Assembly (NCBI GenBank): GCA_963693365.1
Contig: CAVNZM010000003.1
Span: 2,196,768 to 2,260,767 of the forward strand
Direction: 5' to 3'
DNA length: 64,000 nucleotides
Origin: Amoebidium appalachense
Lineage: Eukaryota > Protista > Ichthyosporea
Shown here: one piece after another, positions 1 through 32,611 of the stretch
Position numbering within the stretch: position 1 is the stretch's first letter
Layout: the number at the start of each line of letters is the position of its first letter
Translations under genes and position numbers: made by a program
The notes under the pieces: generated by a model
What the model saw: the letters and a program-made list of their open reading frames with translations, nothing else
Databases searched by the model: none
Told to the model about the DNA's origin: nothing

Positions 1-1169
1 AACCTACGGGTGGTGATGGACAAGTGGAGGATTATCCAATACGACGCCTTCCAAGTTCTGATCGTCAAACCCCCCACAAACGCCTCATGTGACCCCTACC
101 CCGAGCTTAAACCCCTGCCTGCCCTTGCACCCCCCACTGCCTGCCAAGATCCTACCGCCTGTCAGGTCTATTCGGGAAACACATCGACGGGTTCCCTTGC
201 CTCAATTCAACTGCAAAGCCCGGCAAAGGTCTTTGTGTGGTTTCAGGTGTGTTCCTAACCACCCCACCCCCCCCCCCCCCAAAAAAAAAAAGAACAAAAA
301 AAAAAGAACCATAATGAAAGTTAGATGTAGGCCTCTGACGACATTTTTTAACCTACCTCGGCCCTAAGGGTCATCATCCCTTTAAACCTCTGTCCCCCCT
401 CCCCCCCCCCCCCCATCCCCCCCCCCTCCCACCCCCCCCGGACGCCCCTTCCCCCCTCCCCCCACCCACCCACTCTTTCTTTCCCCCCACCCACCTCCCA
501 TGCCGCACCCGGCCAGTTAAGTGTTCTGCTACTAAGCATACAAATGGCCACCACCGTGACCACATCAGCTTCAACCTATGTTTTTAGATGAACAAACACG
601 GCTTTCGTCCCCTTCATCCCTTCTTTCCCCCCCTCCCCCTTCTCCCAGCCCAACCCATCCATTTTTTTCATAAATTGGGTCAAACCTTCCATATATAGGC
701 GTAAGGCAAGTACGGTCTTAACCTCGAGCTCAACAACCAAACCTTCCATAACTAGGCCTACGGCTATTGTGACCTTAACCTCGTACTTAACAACCAAACC
801 TTCCATATATAGGCATACGGCAAGTACGACCTTAACCTCGTGCTTATCAACCAAACCTTCCATATATAGGCATACGGCAAGTACGACCTTAACCTCGTGC
901 TTAATGACCATCTTGAGGACTATGTTGTTGGTGACCCCCAGAGCTGGCAGACACTGGACAACACCACCTGTCACATGGTATGTTTGCTGCATCCCCCCCC
1001 CCCCCCCCCCCCCCCTCCCCCCCCCCCCCCCCCCTCCTCACCTTCCTTCTTCCCCTCTTCTCCCCCTAACACACACAAATATGCACACATGCACAATATG
1101 CACACACACTCACACACTCACACACACACACACATGCACATGCACACACAGTGCATACACACACACACA

Positions 1170-1212
<43 letters not shown>

Positions 1213-2700
1213 TTATGCCAATAAATATGTTCCCTACCGTGTGTGAGCTCTTTTCACTTGCCAGTTTGCTGGTTACACAATCAAATCTGTGCCCTCATAC
1301 CATGTTCAAAATTCTTCTAACCCCCACTACTCCTAATGCGGTCTACTATTACATCTACACACATTCCATACGTCCTATATCCCGTACCATGACCTAGTCC
1401 CCCTAAACCCCCCTCCCCCTCCCCCCCCCCCCCTCACCTGCCTCCCTGCATTCGAGTAGCATCTGAAGTAAACAGATCAAAAAGAGAGCATGGACACTAA
1501 GACCCTCCCCGCCCCCTCCTCCCCCCACCCCCCACCCCTCCCCCCCCCCCCCCCCCCTATCCCCCCCTCCCTTCACCCCCCCCCCCCCCCCCCCCAATCT
1601 TACAGGCGGGCACGTACGCTTTGAATCTTGAACGTGAGGATCTAGCCAGTGAGGATTCCACGTACAAGATGTACGTGCTCAAGGTGCCCCATTCCTGTAC
1701 GGACCCCCAAGGCTTTGCAAATGACCCGCAGGACAACACTACCTCCACGGATGCACAGCAGACATCCGTATACGTCCAGGTATGCATGCAACATCACTTT
1801 GCCTCTCCCCCCCCCTCCCCTCCCCCCCCTCCCCCCCCCCCCCCCCCCGCCCCCCTCCCCCCGATCCCCACAACCACCACCACCACCACCATCACCCTCT
1901 TTCCTCCCCTCCTCCATCCCCTTCCCCTCCCCCTCTCACCCGTCCGCTTTTGAGAAGCATGTAGAAAATGTAACCGAGCCGGACACTACGTTCCAAGTGC
2001 AATGCTTTCTTTCTATGCTGTTTTGGGTATTCATGCATATGAGTCCCTCCTTTTCCCTATCCCTTTGTACTGTGCACCACGTCAGAAACCAACCCCGTCC
2101 CGCCTGCCCCCCTCCCCCCCCCCTTTCCCCCCCCCCCCCCCCCTCTCCCCCCCCCCCCCCCCCCCCCCTTCCCCCTTTCCCCACAAACTTCGCCCATTCG
2201 GGGTTTAGAGGTGGGTGGGTGGTGGTGGTGGTGGTGGGGAAGGGGGGAGGGGGGGGGAAGGGGCGGGCGGGGGGGGGGGGGGGGGGGGGGGGGGAGGGGG
2301 GATAGCTGGGCTCATGAGAGACACATCCACTTAGTTCAAACTTTCGAATATGCCCGATTGCACGGAGTGACTGAGTGGGCTTGGTACACTCTGTTCTCGT
2401 CGAGTAAGATGTGCACAATTGGCTAGCGGAGGCTGTTTGCATGCCTCGTGTTGAGCATCTTTGCGCTATTGTTCCCGCACTCTTGGCATCTGACCAAATA
2501 CTGATAGTTCAAAAAATAGGGTTTGTTTCAAAGTGGAATTGCGGTTCCAATCAAATGGCTCACATTATTTCAAGTGGAATTGCGGATCCAATCGGCTCAT
2601 TGGATTTTTTTTTATCCGACTCCCGCCCCGGCCCAGGTGTTATCATCTTTTGGCCCTATGTTCCTCTCTGTATGTGTTGTATGTGAATGATTGGGGTTTT

Positions 2701-2731
<31 letters not shown>

Positions 2732-2879
2732 CACCCACCCCCCCGGCCTCGTTGATTAGGCACACATGCCGTGCAGTGCACTTACACTTTGCCACTTGCA
2801 GGCCACGTCCACCGCAACAGAGCTTCAAGTCTCTCTCCTGATCCTGGCTGCCAGCCTGCTAGCAAACTCGCAGCTTTGA
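1..2879 (+). CDS. 3' part of a spliced gene for a probable secreted/GPI-anchored surface protein of unknown function. Exons: <1-246, 870-977, 1606-1779, possibly 2637-2669, 2802-2879
   Basis: Phase-0 GT-AG joins give ...SPAKVFVWFQ|AYGKYDLNLVLNDHLEDYVVGDPQSWQTLDNTTCHM|AGTYALNLEREDLASEDSTYKMYVLKVPHSCTDP...TSVYVQ|...|ATSTATELQVSLLILAASLLANSQL*. There are several N-x-S/T sequons and a hydrophobic C-terminal tail. The last two exons are less certain. Confidence 0.55.
681..909 (+). repeat. Tandem repeat, 4 x 57 bp, overlapping the 3' splice site and the start of exon 870-977
   Basis: Units start at 681, 738, 795 and 852 with CAAACCTTCCATA...TAGGC.TA.GGC...CTTAACCTCG. Confidence 0.9.
2526..2601. 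repeat. Short direct duplication (~42 bp period, 2 copies)
   Basis: AAGTGGAATTGCGG(T/A)TCCAATC occurs twice. Confidence 0.8.
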
Positions 2880-3485
2880 ACACTTGATCATACATCCTCC
2901 CTACAAGCATGAACAGACAGCACACGACGAAGGACACATGCACATGCGTACATAAATGGATCATTCCATGGCGCACACACATGTATGCACACGTACGCGC
3001 AAACACACGCACGGAAAAACCTACACCGTATGTGCGCTTGAGTGGTACACACGAGAGACAGGCATGCATGAACCGTGCGGGGTCACTCAAGCAATGACGG
3101 AAAACAAATCTAAAGGATCTGCAAGAAGACAGTCATCCGAATGGAATGCCCCGTTTTTTGTTTTCTTTCTTTCTTTCTTTCTTTCTTTTTTTTTTTTTCT
3201 TTCTTTTTTTTTAAAGTTTTGTGCGTACAGTGTGGACATATGTACATGTTCACGGAGTGTTGGTCATTTCCCCCTTCTGTGGATATCAAATATTCGGATG
3301 TCGCCACTCCGTAGATGTTTACTTTGTGTATGGTGCTGGGCGATAGCAACAATACTTTATAAACTGTGAAGTCCTCTGCACACACACGCAATGTGTAGTT
3401 ATTTCGTATTGGATTTGGCATTTTCCTCCCTGTCCACATGTGCACACCCTGATGATGAAATTCAGCGGAAACGATGCATGAACAT

Positions 3486-3585
3486 GAGATTTTTTTTTAT
3501 TTAGTGGTGTTTATATAAAATCAATACCAAATATCGAGATTTTTATTTGTTTAGTGGTGTTACTATAAAAGCAATACCAAATATC
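3486..3585. repeat. Tandem duplication, 2 x 50 bp
   Basis: GAGATTTTT...TTAGTGGTGTT...ATAAAA.CAATACCAAATATC starts at 3486 and 3536. Confidence 0.85.
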
Positions 3586-4140
3586 TAAGGTGGGGTAGTA
3601 CACGGCCCTCTGGGGTTGGTAGAGCTAGCCTGTACCTGTTAATTTTTGATACAGTTACAAGAATGTGTAAGGGTGTACATGTTCAAATTTATATCTGACA
3701 TTTGGTACGAATTTCTGTATATATACATCCGCAGTTGTGATTCGTAGGCTGGCGACTGGTCGCTCAAAAGAGTACTACGTGTCAACGTAGGGACTCTTTG
3801 ATGCAAGAAATACAAACAAGCAACTTTTTTTTTTTTTTTTTTTTTTTTGTTTTGTTTCGTACATACACACCAGTACTGCGCGGCAGGCCACACTGGGTGT
3901 ATGAAACAGAAAAAAAGGTGTATGCGTATGCGTATGCACACTTGAAAAAGAAAACAACATTATAAATTTCAGGAATGATATACATAGGTTACACCGTAAT
4001 AACTCCATTAGGAACTTCTCTACTTGCACTTTATCAACTTCCATCGGACCATTGTAGTGTTTGGTTATCTATAAACCATAAAAAAGAAACCGGGTAGTGG
4101 CTCACGGTGAGTCAGAAGGTGATGTGCTCTTTCTAACTTC

Positions 4141-4224
<84 letters not shown>

Positions 4225-4259
4225 GTGTGTGTCTGTGTTTGTGTGTGTTCGCGCAATGT

Positions 4260-4300
<41 letters not shown>

Positions 4301-4741
4301 GTGTGTGCGTGTGCACAGTGTGTGCTTTTTCTTCTTTTTGGTGCGTGCACGTGTGGGTGTGTTCTGGGGAGGAAGGGGGAGGGCGGGGGAGTGGCCATAG
4401 ATCATAGGGATGCGGTTGTTGGCCACGTACCATGCACACACGTGCACATGACTATATTTACCGTCAGACTTAGCGGTGGTGACGAGAGGATAACAAAAAT
4501 TTCAAGATTAAATTTATGATTTTATTTCAGCTTGCTACTGATAATATTTCAACACACGCTCTAGAATTACAATTTTTAAAAAGGGCTGAACCGCTAATTA
4601 TCTAGCTTAGTTTGGAGAAACACCTGCGAAATACAACCAATCATCAGGGTTAATGGGTCAAAACTGACACTGACTACGGGAAGGTACCCATGTCAATATT
4701 AGGCTCACATATCTTACTTATATTCTCGCATTGTTTACTTC

Positions 4742-4818
<77 letters not shown>

Positions 4819-5337
4819 TGCGTGTGTGTGTGTGTGTGCGTGTGTGCGTGTGTGCGTATGTGTGCACGTTTGGCAGGTGTGGATGCGAGTGTGGGCTTGC
4901 AAACATGCATGTAATATGACATAAGATTTCTCCCTTCTACTGCATGCTCTGTAATACATATTTTACACACGTAACAACTTGTTTGCTCCTCACAAACCCT
5001 AACATGAAACCTGTAAGCACATCGAAAAAAAACGAGAGGAGGCACTAATAGGAGAAGTTGAGGGAGGGCTAAAAAAGACAGGAAGGAAGATGGGGAAAAG
5101 GGGGGGGAAAAAAGGAAAAGAAAAGAAAAGAAAAGGAAAGGAAAGGGAAAAAAAGAAAGAAAGAAAGAAAAGAAAAAACAGGGGAAAGGACAGACAGGAA
5201 ACAACGAACAACAAAAAGCTAGAAAGGGAAAAGGTGTGCAACAACACACAGGCCACAGAAGGTTCGAGAACTAGCTAATATAAAGTGCTCGTAACTAACC
5301 ACACGACCTTTTATCAGAACACACCAACAAATCCATC

Positions 5338-14044
<8,707 letters not shown>

Positions 14045-14659
14045 AACGCCTACCCATGCCTGGGTGGGGGCACAAAGGGTTGTCTAATAGGTACCTAGTT
14101 TGTAGTGTGTACACGTAGAAATGCTTACCATTAATGTGCTTGCATGTGCAAGGGTTTGCTAGGGTGGGCAAAGATAGGGACAACACGAGCACAGCTTGTG
14201 TGCGTGCCTGTGTGCGGGTGTGTGCAATTGTGGGTGTGTTTGTGCGGATGTAAATTTGCTCGGCAGTGTAGAGGAAACTGTGTCAACTCAGAGCCTGGTC
14301 TGAGGTAGACAGCCTGCTGAGGGCACCAAAAGTAGCCTACCACAACCGTTAGTAACTGGTGCCGTTGTGTTGGAGGGACATAACACGTCAGCTCTTTCTA
14401 TGTTGAAGAAACCTTCTTACGAACCCGTGGACACAAGTAGCTTTATATATGATGGTTACCCTGCCTATTGTTGTTATAACTCGGTGCTTCGAAGAAAAAG
14501 TGTGGATGGTGGGGAATCCGGGAATCCCTCTTTGGGGAGGACCCGACGTCGACAAGTGCGGCACGAGTCTCAGTGGCACACATTCGAACCATCATGATCC
14601 GTACATAAGATCGCTACCTTTCGCAGCAGACGTGAGGCTCGACGTCGGCTTCCGACGCG

Positions 14660-14679
14660 ATATATATATATATATATAT

Positions 14680-14724
<45 letters not shown>
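14660..14724. repeat. (AT)n microsatellite
   Basis: Directly visible, with two AC interruptions. Confidence 0.95.
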
Positions 14725-14725
<1 letters not shown>

Positions 14726-15980
14726 TATAGTTCTTTGGCTCAAGGCATCCTTTGAGACCAATAAGAGAACGTGTGGTTTGATGACGACAAGCGCTAATTA
14801 GCTGGACCTTGCCTCAAGTGCATCTAGATCTTGTTCCTGGACAAATGCTGTTTGCCAAAAATGTGCGAGAAGGCTCTTTCATTGGGTCTTGAACAAAACA
14901 ACATTCCCCCTGTATCAATTATCAAGGGTTTGAAAGCAATGTATGTAGGCATGCGCAACGCAAGCAGTGAGCACTCAATCTGGAACTAAATGAAATGCAA
15001 TCTAATATTAGTTGTCCACGACGTTGCTACAACCGGCCACATGTGTATCAATGTAATAAAATAAAAGAATTATCCATGTAAGGTGGTTTTTTTTGTAGGA
15101 TTTTTTGATGTGATTGGTTAGGTCGCGTAACCGTTACCTGCTTCACATCAACCATTATGATTTCGAAGTCTGAGTGAGACTCAGAGTCTATGCATCTACA
15201 TGTGCCAGCCGGTCAGGCACTGCGGCAATTTTGCATATTATGTAGCCGGGTACCTTCTGACCTGTAGCGGCATAAAAGGCTACAGCATGACATTTCTGTG
15301 AAATTGTGCCAATAAATTCCCGTGAGTATTTGTGACCACTGGTCCTGGAATAAACGTGCTCTCTCATGACAGCGTGCGGCAGGCGGCCTCTGTACGACAG
15401 TACGACTACGAGTTGAAAATATTAAAGAGCGAATTCCAGTCTGATACACACCAATCCAAACACAGAACATTTATTGTATCGAAAAAGGACCAATGGATCA
15501 GCCCAAATTGTCTTCTCCCTAGATCGAGAAAAGACGACAAACCAGTACTGAGCAATAAACCCATGGTGTATCATCGCCTTCATCGGGTAGCCGCCCAACA
15601 CTGCACTTTTTCTGGCGGCATCATCCATGGCCACGTGCATCTGCTACATACTCAAATCAAACTCCGTTCGACTATATAAAATATTTAAGGTGCAATAAAA
15701 AGGTCTGGTCGCATTAGCCAAGATGCAATAATAAACCCCCAACATGAGCACAAAACCAAAAAAACTTCGTGATTCAGAACGGGCAAATATTTCAAATTTT
15801 GATCATGACCCGAGTTCTCGACTGGCGGCGTTCCATGTGCCCACGTGCACGTGTGACGAGTCGTACAGCAAACACATGTGTGGCAGTGCACGTGTCACAG
15901 CGTCCGTATAGTGCCACGTGTGCTTTTGCATTGTGCGTACACTAATATATAATCTTAGACCCCTTCCCAGAAAACCCCCC

Positions 15981-16016
<36 letters not shown>

Positions 16017-16421
16017 CCCCCCCCCCCCCCCCCCCCCCCAAAAAGGCTCGCCATTCGGCTTCGCCGGGGGTTTACACTTGTGTGGCACTGTCGGGGGCCC
16101 AGCCACACTCGACGGCCTACTGCGTTTTTCAGCGCAGCCAATCAAATGCAGCTAGTGAGATATGTACATTCTAGGCAACAATTAGCGCCATCGTAGTATA
16201 CGACACCCCTATTACATATTATGGCCAATTGCAAGCAGAGGCTAGCATCGGTAGCTCCGGAAGAAAGTTAAGACATCGTATCACAATATCATACTGTGCA
16301 GCATTAATAAGGTGATAAGTGTGTAAACCCTATACCTTGAACTGACGAATTGGAATTTGTGGCCATAAATGGCCATAACAAATTTTGTCTTAGCGTATGG
16401 GTGGGTGGATGGGTGTTGGGG

Positions 16422-16459
<38 letters not shown>

Positions 16460-16594
16460 GAGAGAGAGAGAGAAAGAAAGAGAGAGGGGGGGGGGGGGGG
16501 GGGACTCACCACCCTTCCGCAAGCTTGTGGAGGGCTGGGAGAGGGTGTGTGTGTGTGTGTGTGTGTGGTGTGTCTGTGTTTTTTTTTTTTTTTT

Positions 16595-16625
<31 letters not shown>

Positions 16626-16820
16626 GGGGGAGGAGGAGGGTAAGTAAGGAGACTCAGATGATCACCATCCGAGCCCAGGGTGGCCCAACTTCAATCATTA
16701 TGCCCGACTGACTGAGAATGATTCATCATGATATTTGACATAACTTAAAACTGTACTTATGATAACATGATGATGCCAAGTGCCATAATCATGGTATCTG
16801 AAATAATCAACCTCACAGTT

Positions 16821-16866
16821 TCAGTCTGACCTTCTTGCACTAAATTAGCTAGTAGCCCTCCTGCTC

Positions 16867-16904
<38 letters not shown>

Positions 16905-16970
16905 CCCCGCTCGTCAGTCTGACCTTCTTGCACTAAATTAGCTAGTAGGCCTCCTGCTCCGAGTCCCCCC
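16821..16970. repeat. Direct repeat of ~52 bp plus a poly-C tract (period 93 bp)
   Basis: TCAGTCTGACCTTCTTGCACTAAATTAGCTAGTAG.CCTCCTGCTCCGAGTCCCC starts at 16821 and 16914. Confidence 0.9.
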
Positions 16971-17268
16971 CCTTCCCCCCGGCCGCCTGCCACGGCTTAT
17001 TATTCCCGACACGACCTCTCAGCCCCCTTTTCGACTGCAACTTCCGAGTACAAATCTTTTTAAAGTTGGCCTGGATGGTGCATTCGAGAGATGATCATCA
17101 TAGCTTACTGGAACCACCACTAAATCACGTTGGAAAGTAAACACTCTCGGCAAGCCGGCACCAGCAGTTTCATACGCAGGCACACACATGAGCATACATA
17201 GTCACGCACACACTCATACACTCACACATCAGACACACGCTCACGTACCCATGCTGCAGGCGAGCACG

Positions 17269-17382
<114 letters not shown>

Positions 17383-17731
17383 ACTCACTAATTCACTCAC
17401 TTACCCACTCACTCACTCACGAACTAAACAGATAGCCAGGATAAAAACAGCACCGTAACTCGTGCATGCAAGCATTCACTGACGCACACATGTACCCATG
17501 GGCACATAGGCACACACACACGCCCCGCACGTACGCTCACAGGCATGCTCACGCTGTTTTTCAACTGCTGCAGGACAAGATGCTACTAAACTTTGTGGTG
17601 GCACGTAGTAATGGTGTGTGCACACGTGCACACGTGGCACACTTTCTTGACTTTTTTTTCTCTCTTACTCCCTTTATACTCCCCCATTCCCCATCCCTCC
17701 ACGTCCCGGCAGCCCTCTTTCTCTCCGCGGG

Positions 17732-17776
<45 letters not shown>

Positions 17777-18320
17777 AAGGAGGGGAGGGGGTCGAGGAGG
17801 GGGCCGGGGAGGGGAGGGGGGGGGGGGGGGGGGGGAGGAGAGGTGGGGGGAGGGGGCGGGAAGGGGGGAGGCGCGGGACATAAGCCAGTTCTAAGTATGC
17901 ATAGTGTGGATGTGACCGTGTATTCAAGTATATCCGCATGCAAATTTCCATATCCGAGAGGGGGGGGGGGGGGGGGGGGGAGGGGGGAATTCAAGACATG
18001 AGACGTTGCAAACATGTTTTAAACAAAGTGATTGTTGAATGCGAATGTATGAAGCATTACACCACGCCAGGCATTTTGGGGAGGGGGGGGGTGGTTGTGT
18101 GTTTGTGTGTGTGGGTGGGGTGGGGTGGGGTGGGGTGGGGGGTGGGGGGGGGGGGGGGGGGTGATTTCGTACATGAAAAGAATAAGACACCATATCTGCA
18201 GTGTATACATTTATAAAATCACGCCGCCGTTGTACTCCCAATCAGCCTATTTTTTTGTAGCGTCAAGATCAACTCTGCCTATATCGATCCCGCTAGGAAA
18301 GGCCTGATTCCTTCTAACTC

Positions 18321-22515
<4,195 letters not shown>

Positions 22516-23696
22516 ATGGAAAAAAGGCCAAAAACACTGCCTGTTGGTTCCGTGTTCAAAGTATCGTCAGCATTGTCTTCACACTGATTGTTATCTATGT
22601 CGTAGATTTCAACCTCACGCGCACGGTCACAAGGTGACTCTATTTGGTGATTTTGTGCTAGCTGGTGGGTAACATGCTTTACCATGTGGTTGGGGACTTG
22701 TTTGGTGATGTATAAATGCATTTTCAAGTACTAGCAGTACTTACAAAGTTATTGAACGGTGGTGCATATGCTATTTATGTTTCCACTGTTTCGTGAAAGG
22801 CCGGAGGTTGCTATTTGCATGTGACCATAGAGCATATATAACGAACATTTTATTGACACTCAACGACATACACTATAGAATAAATCACTCACAAGTCCCC
22901 AAGGGGCTTCGCGTTTGCACATGCCATGTGCAGTTTTTAGTTTTGATTACGTATTAGTTTTGCTGCTGTGGGTACTAATATGATATGAAACAATTGCTGC
23001 ACATCTCCAGGTAACCCCACAGCTGTGCCTGGACAAGCAAATCACTGAAAAATCTGGTCGTGTGCATGGTGCAAGTAGAAAAAAATCCAATACAGCGATC
23101 GTTCCCTTCAACCTCCTTTGAACAAAAAACGTCAACGTTTGTTGGTGTATGGTTGGTGTCTGCTGCGACAAGCTGCGACAGTGGTCTGGAAAGCTGGTCG
23201 GGTCTACTGGTCGGGTCAGAGGTCGGGTCTGGAACGAACTCCAGCTGGGGGGCCAGTGGAGGTCGCCCAGATCCCGCCCGAAGTCGACTGTCGACGTTCT
23301 ACAGTTGTTTTGCCACCGTCAAAAGAACGTTTGGGTTGGTTGACACGGCACCATGGTCTATCAGTCTGTGACTTTGCAGCCGACTCAAGAGAGTTTGAAG
23401 GCTAATTTAACCCTATAGCTAGCTAATTTGTATACTCATGTAGGGTAGATATATTTAATAAATTCTGTGGGCACGACGGACAAAACACTTATGGAGCCCG
23501 CCGTTGCCGGCGCTTCGAGTTTCGAGTTTTTTCAAATTGGTGGAGTCTGCCCTGCAGATATAGATCAGTGGTCATCCTTATTTTTTTTTAAAAAAAAAAG
23601 AATTTCACTCCAGATCGTCCTTCGATTGCAAATTTTGGCATCATCATGACCGGTGGTAACAGGCACTCTGTTATTCTAATCAAAGCTTGCGCATAA

Positions 23697-23737
<41 letters not shown>

Positions 23738-25262
23738 TTACCCACCATGCATCCTGCATGCCCTCTACACCACCACCACCACCAACAACCAAATCATCAC
23801 CACCACAACCACAATAAGTTAACACCACGATGGCCACCAACACCACATACATACACAATGATATGGGCCGTGCACCATGGCCACCTCGTGCACCACTAGT
23901 ACCGGGCACCACCACCATGCATGCATGCGCAGTGCTTGTGCTCCACGGGTACCAGGTCCTTCTGCACGTGCACACACACATAATAAGCATGTGCATGTAC
24001 GCCCAGGCTGGGGCAAACATATGTATTCATTTGGCCACCCACCCAGTGGTGGCCACCCACGTGCACCCGAGGCTATCCCATCCAATACGAGTCCCATTCC
24101 CTGAAGGTCGACATTATGACAATGCACACCCGAATTAAGCAGTACGTATTATACTACTTATGCACATGGGGGGTTGGGGGTGGGGTCGACCCATACGCCC
24201 GGAATCTGCTGGCAACCAACACGTGTGCGTGCCCATATATCCATCTAAATACATGCATCGGCACATACTATCATATGCATATGCATGACATAAGGTTACA
24301 AAAATGTCTACCTAAACTTACGCCGCCTTTTAGGAAGCCCAGCGAAACAGATGGGAAACACACGAGTGCACCACTGTTGAACCTTTATTAATATTAGACA
24401 TGTACATACATGAAATGGCAACACAAGCACGTCTAGCTGCGAAGAAATCGTAGGTTTAGGTTGAAACCTAAGATTAGCACTACAAACACAAACAGATTTG
24501 TTCTTAATAAACAGGCTGTCTATAGATTTAGCAGTCGGGGGGGGTAATATTACCGGCTGTGGTGCCTAACAAGGGGCCCTATTATCCATAAGGATTTAAC
24601 TCCAAACGATAAGCCACATAATGTATTCGTAATACAACCAGTACTACGCCATACTGCCTCGTTAAGACTGTTAAGTGAAAGTATGTTACAGGTAGTGGGT
24701 GTGCCTCTCGTCCTTGGTAGTATACAATTATGCTATGAGTGGGCAAATTTCAAAAAAAAAACATATAAATCAGTGGTGGGTACTACAGGAAACCCAAAAA
24801 CAGGATCAATCGGCAAAATTCTTCCCGTGCGGAAAGAGAAGGGGGGGGGGGGGGGGGGGGGGATGGGAACTCGTGGATTGCAATGTATTGATACTTGTGA
24901 ATCCTGCTTGGCAAATGATTGCGCATACTGAACGTGGGTATGTGCATGCCTGCATGCGCCCGTGTGTGAACACCTGCGGATCCGAATATCTGCCGAGCAC
25001 CCAAGCAGTGCAGAGGTAGGCGTCTCTACACGGCGTGTGTGTGGGTTTGTGTGAAAGGGAACATGAGGGGGGGGGGGGGGGGGGGGGGCAGTGAGGGACG
25101 GAGGGAGAGAGGAGGAGGGGGGAGGGGGGGGGGGGGGGGGACGGGAAGGGGGAGGGGAAGGGAGGGGGAGCACCAAGGTGGTTTCTCTTGTTGACGACCA
25201 TGGTTAAAAAAGGAGCAATCCATTGGCGGTTTGTACGGACCGATCCGACTCCCGTCAGCCAA

Positions 25263-31078
<5,816 letters not shown>

Positions 31079-32572
31079 TCCTGCGAATGTGAATGCATGT
31101 GGTCAACACAGATACGATAATAGGCTACATATATGCAGATAGAAAGGAATAGACGAAAATATATGACATGCAAAACAAACCCCCCAATAAAAGGAATCCT
31201 ATGGCGATTCATTGTGCTGCTGTATAGCAATGCATTGGATTACATAGCAAATGAGCAAAGAAGGAGAAAAAAACCCACCCGCCAAAGGCGATTTGCCAAT
31301 GATTTAGACCTCGTGAATTACAAGGGTCTACATACTCCGATCGATGGGCTATGGGGTGAATACGAATTCTCCATCCAAAAGATGGCGGTGTGGAACAACA
31401 CGCTTATTCCAAGGAAAAACAGAACCAAAAGGCCGATGTTTTTGCACCCTTACCCGATTCTGTTACGTCCTACCAAATTCCGTTAAGCAACGACACCGGT
31501 GATCCCCCCCCCCTCCCCCCCCCCCCCCATCCCCCCCCCCCCCCCCCCTCCCCCCCGCGCGGATTGCCTGCCAACACCACCCGTCTTCATACCACACAAC
31601 CACCGCCCATCCATCCAACCATCCTTCTTTCAGAAACTGCATGCTAGATGTCCTTTGGCACTAGTCGGTAAAAAGACGAGCATTTTTTCCCAAAACCAGT
31701 TCCAAAAACAACCCACACTCTTGGAGACTGCAAAGCTGGGTACAAAGGACATAGCGCACATGTAACGACGACAACACAACGCAGATTATACAGAAAAAAG
31801 AGCAGATACATAGAGTTTGAGGGAAGGAAGGATGGTACCGTAGCGTTGGTAGGGAGTGCACATACACCGCATCTGGTTATGTAGCGATGCCAAGAGCATA
31901 TGGCATTCACAGAGCACACAGATGCGTGGGAGGAGCAGGAGAAGGAGAGGCAGGTGGGTCAGGGGAAGGGGGAGGAGGGGGAGGGGCAGGGGAGGGGGGG
32001 GGGGGGGGAGAAAGAAAACCCCTAGAAGTAGGGAATGATGGTTTTATATAAAGAAGCAAGGTGCAATACAGGAGAAAATATGCCACTGCCAGGATATCAT
32101 GCCATATAGAGGCGGCATTCAAAAGGAGAAGTCGGCCAAGCTATGTCTCGAGCTGCCCATCGCAACTACTCAACTAACAACCAACTTGGGTCGACCAACT
32201 CAACCACCATACCAGTGCCGGTATATGGATTCTATACCAAAGCGCAATCGTTTGTGATAGATTAGAATATGCCACACATGGCCGCAAAATCAGAGCCCAC
32301 AGGCTGAAAAAAACTGCAACACGTGGACACTTGAAAACAGGGCTGGAGGGGGGGGGGGAGGAGGGGGGGAATAAAAGCACGTAATCCATACACGGCAGAA
32401 GGTACGAATATACACAATCTTCACGACACTGTTCAGACAAAACTATGACAACCAGTTAAATTGCAGGGGGTTGGTGTGTGTGTGTGTGTGGGGGGGGGGG
32501 AAGGGGGGGGGGGGGGGGGGGGGGAGGATTCTTGTCGGTTGACATGTGCTCTGGGGGTGGTGGGTTGGGGGG

Positions 32573-32611
<39 letters not shown>

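Noticed and set aside
681-909. CRISPR-like appearance of regular repeats (also 27320-27697)
   Set aside because: Whole units are homologous with no unique spacers, the context is eukaryotic, and no cas genes are present.
576-992. - strand ORF with 19-aa repeats (VKHEVKVVLAVCLYMEGL)
   Set aside because: It is the antisense reading of the 57-bp tandem repeat. The + strand exon with proper splice sites explains the region better.
14441-14450. TATA-like TATATAAAG on the - strand upstream of the protease (similar at ~35465)
   Set aside because: It is a short motif ~400 bp from the ATG, not distinguishable from chance without TSS data.
16650-17100. Weak inverted similarity (GATGATCA..CACCATCC..CCAACTT) suggesting MITE TIRs
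   Set aside because: The match is too gapped and there is no TSD.
23060-24540. GGTCGGGTC x3, TTAACCCT and GGCCACC repeats suggesting a non-autonomous element
   Set aside because: No matching opposite terminus or TSD was found in the window.
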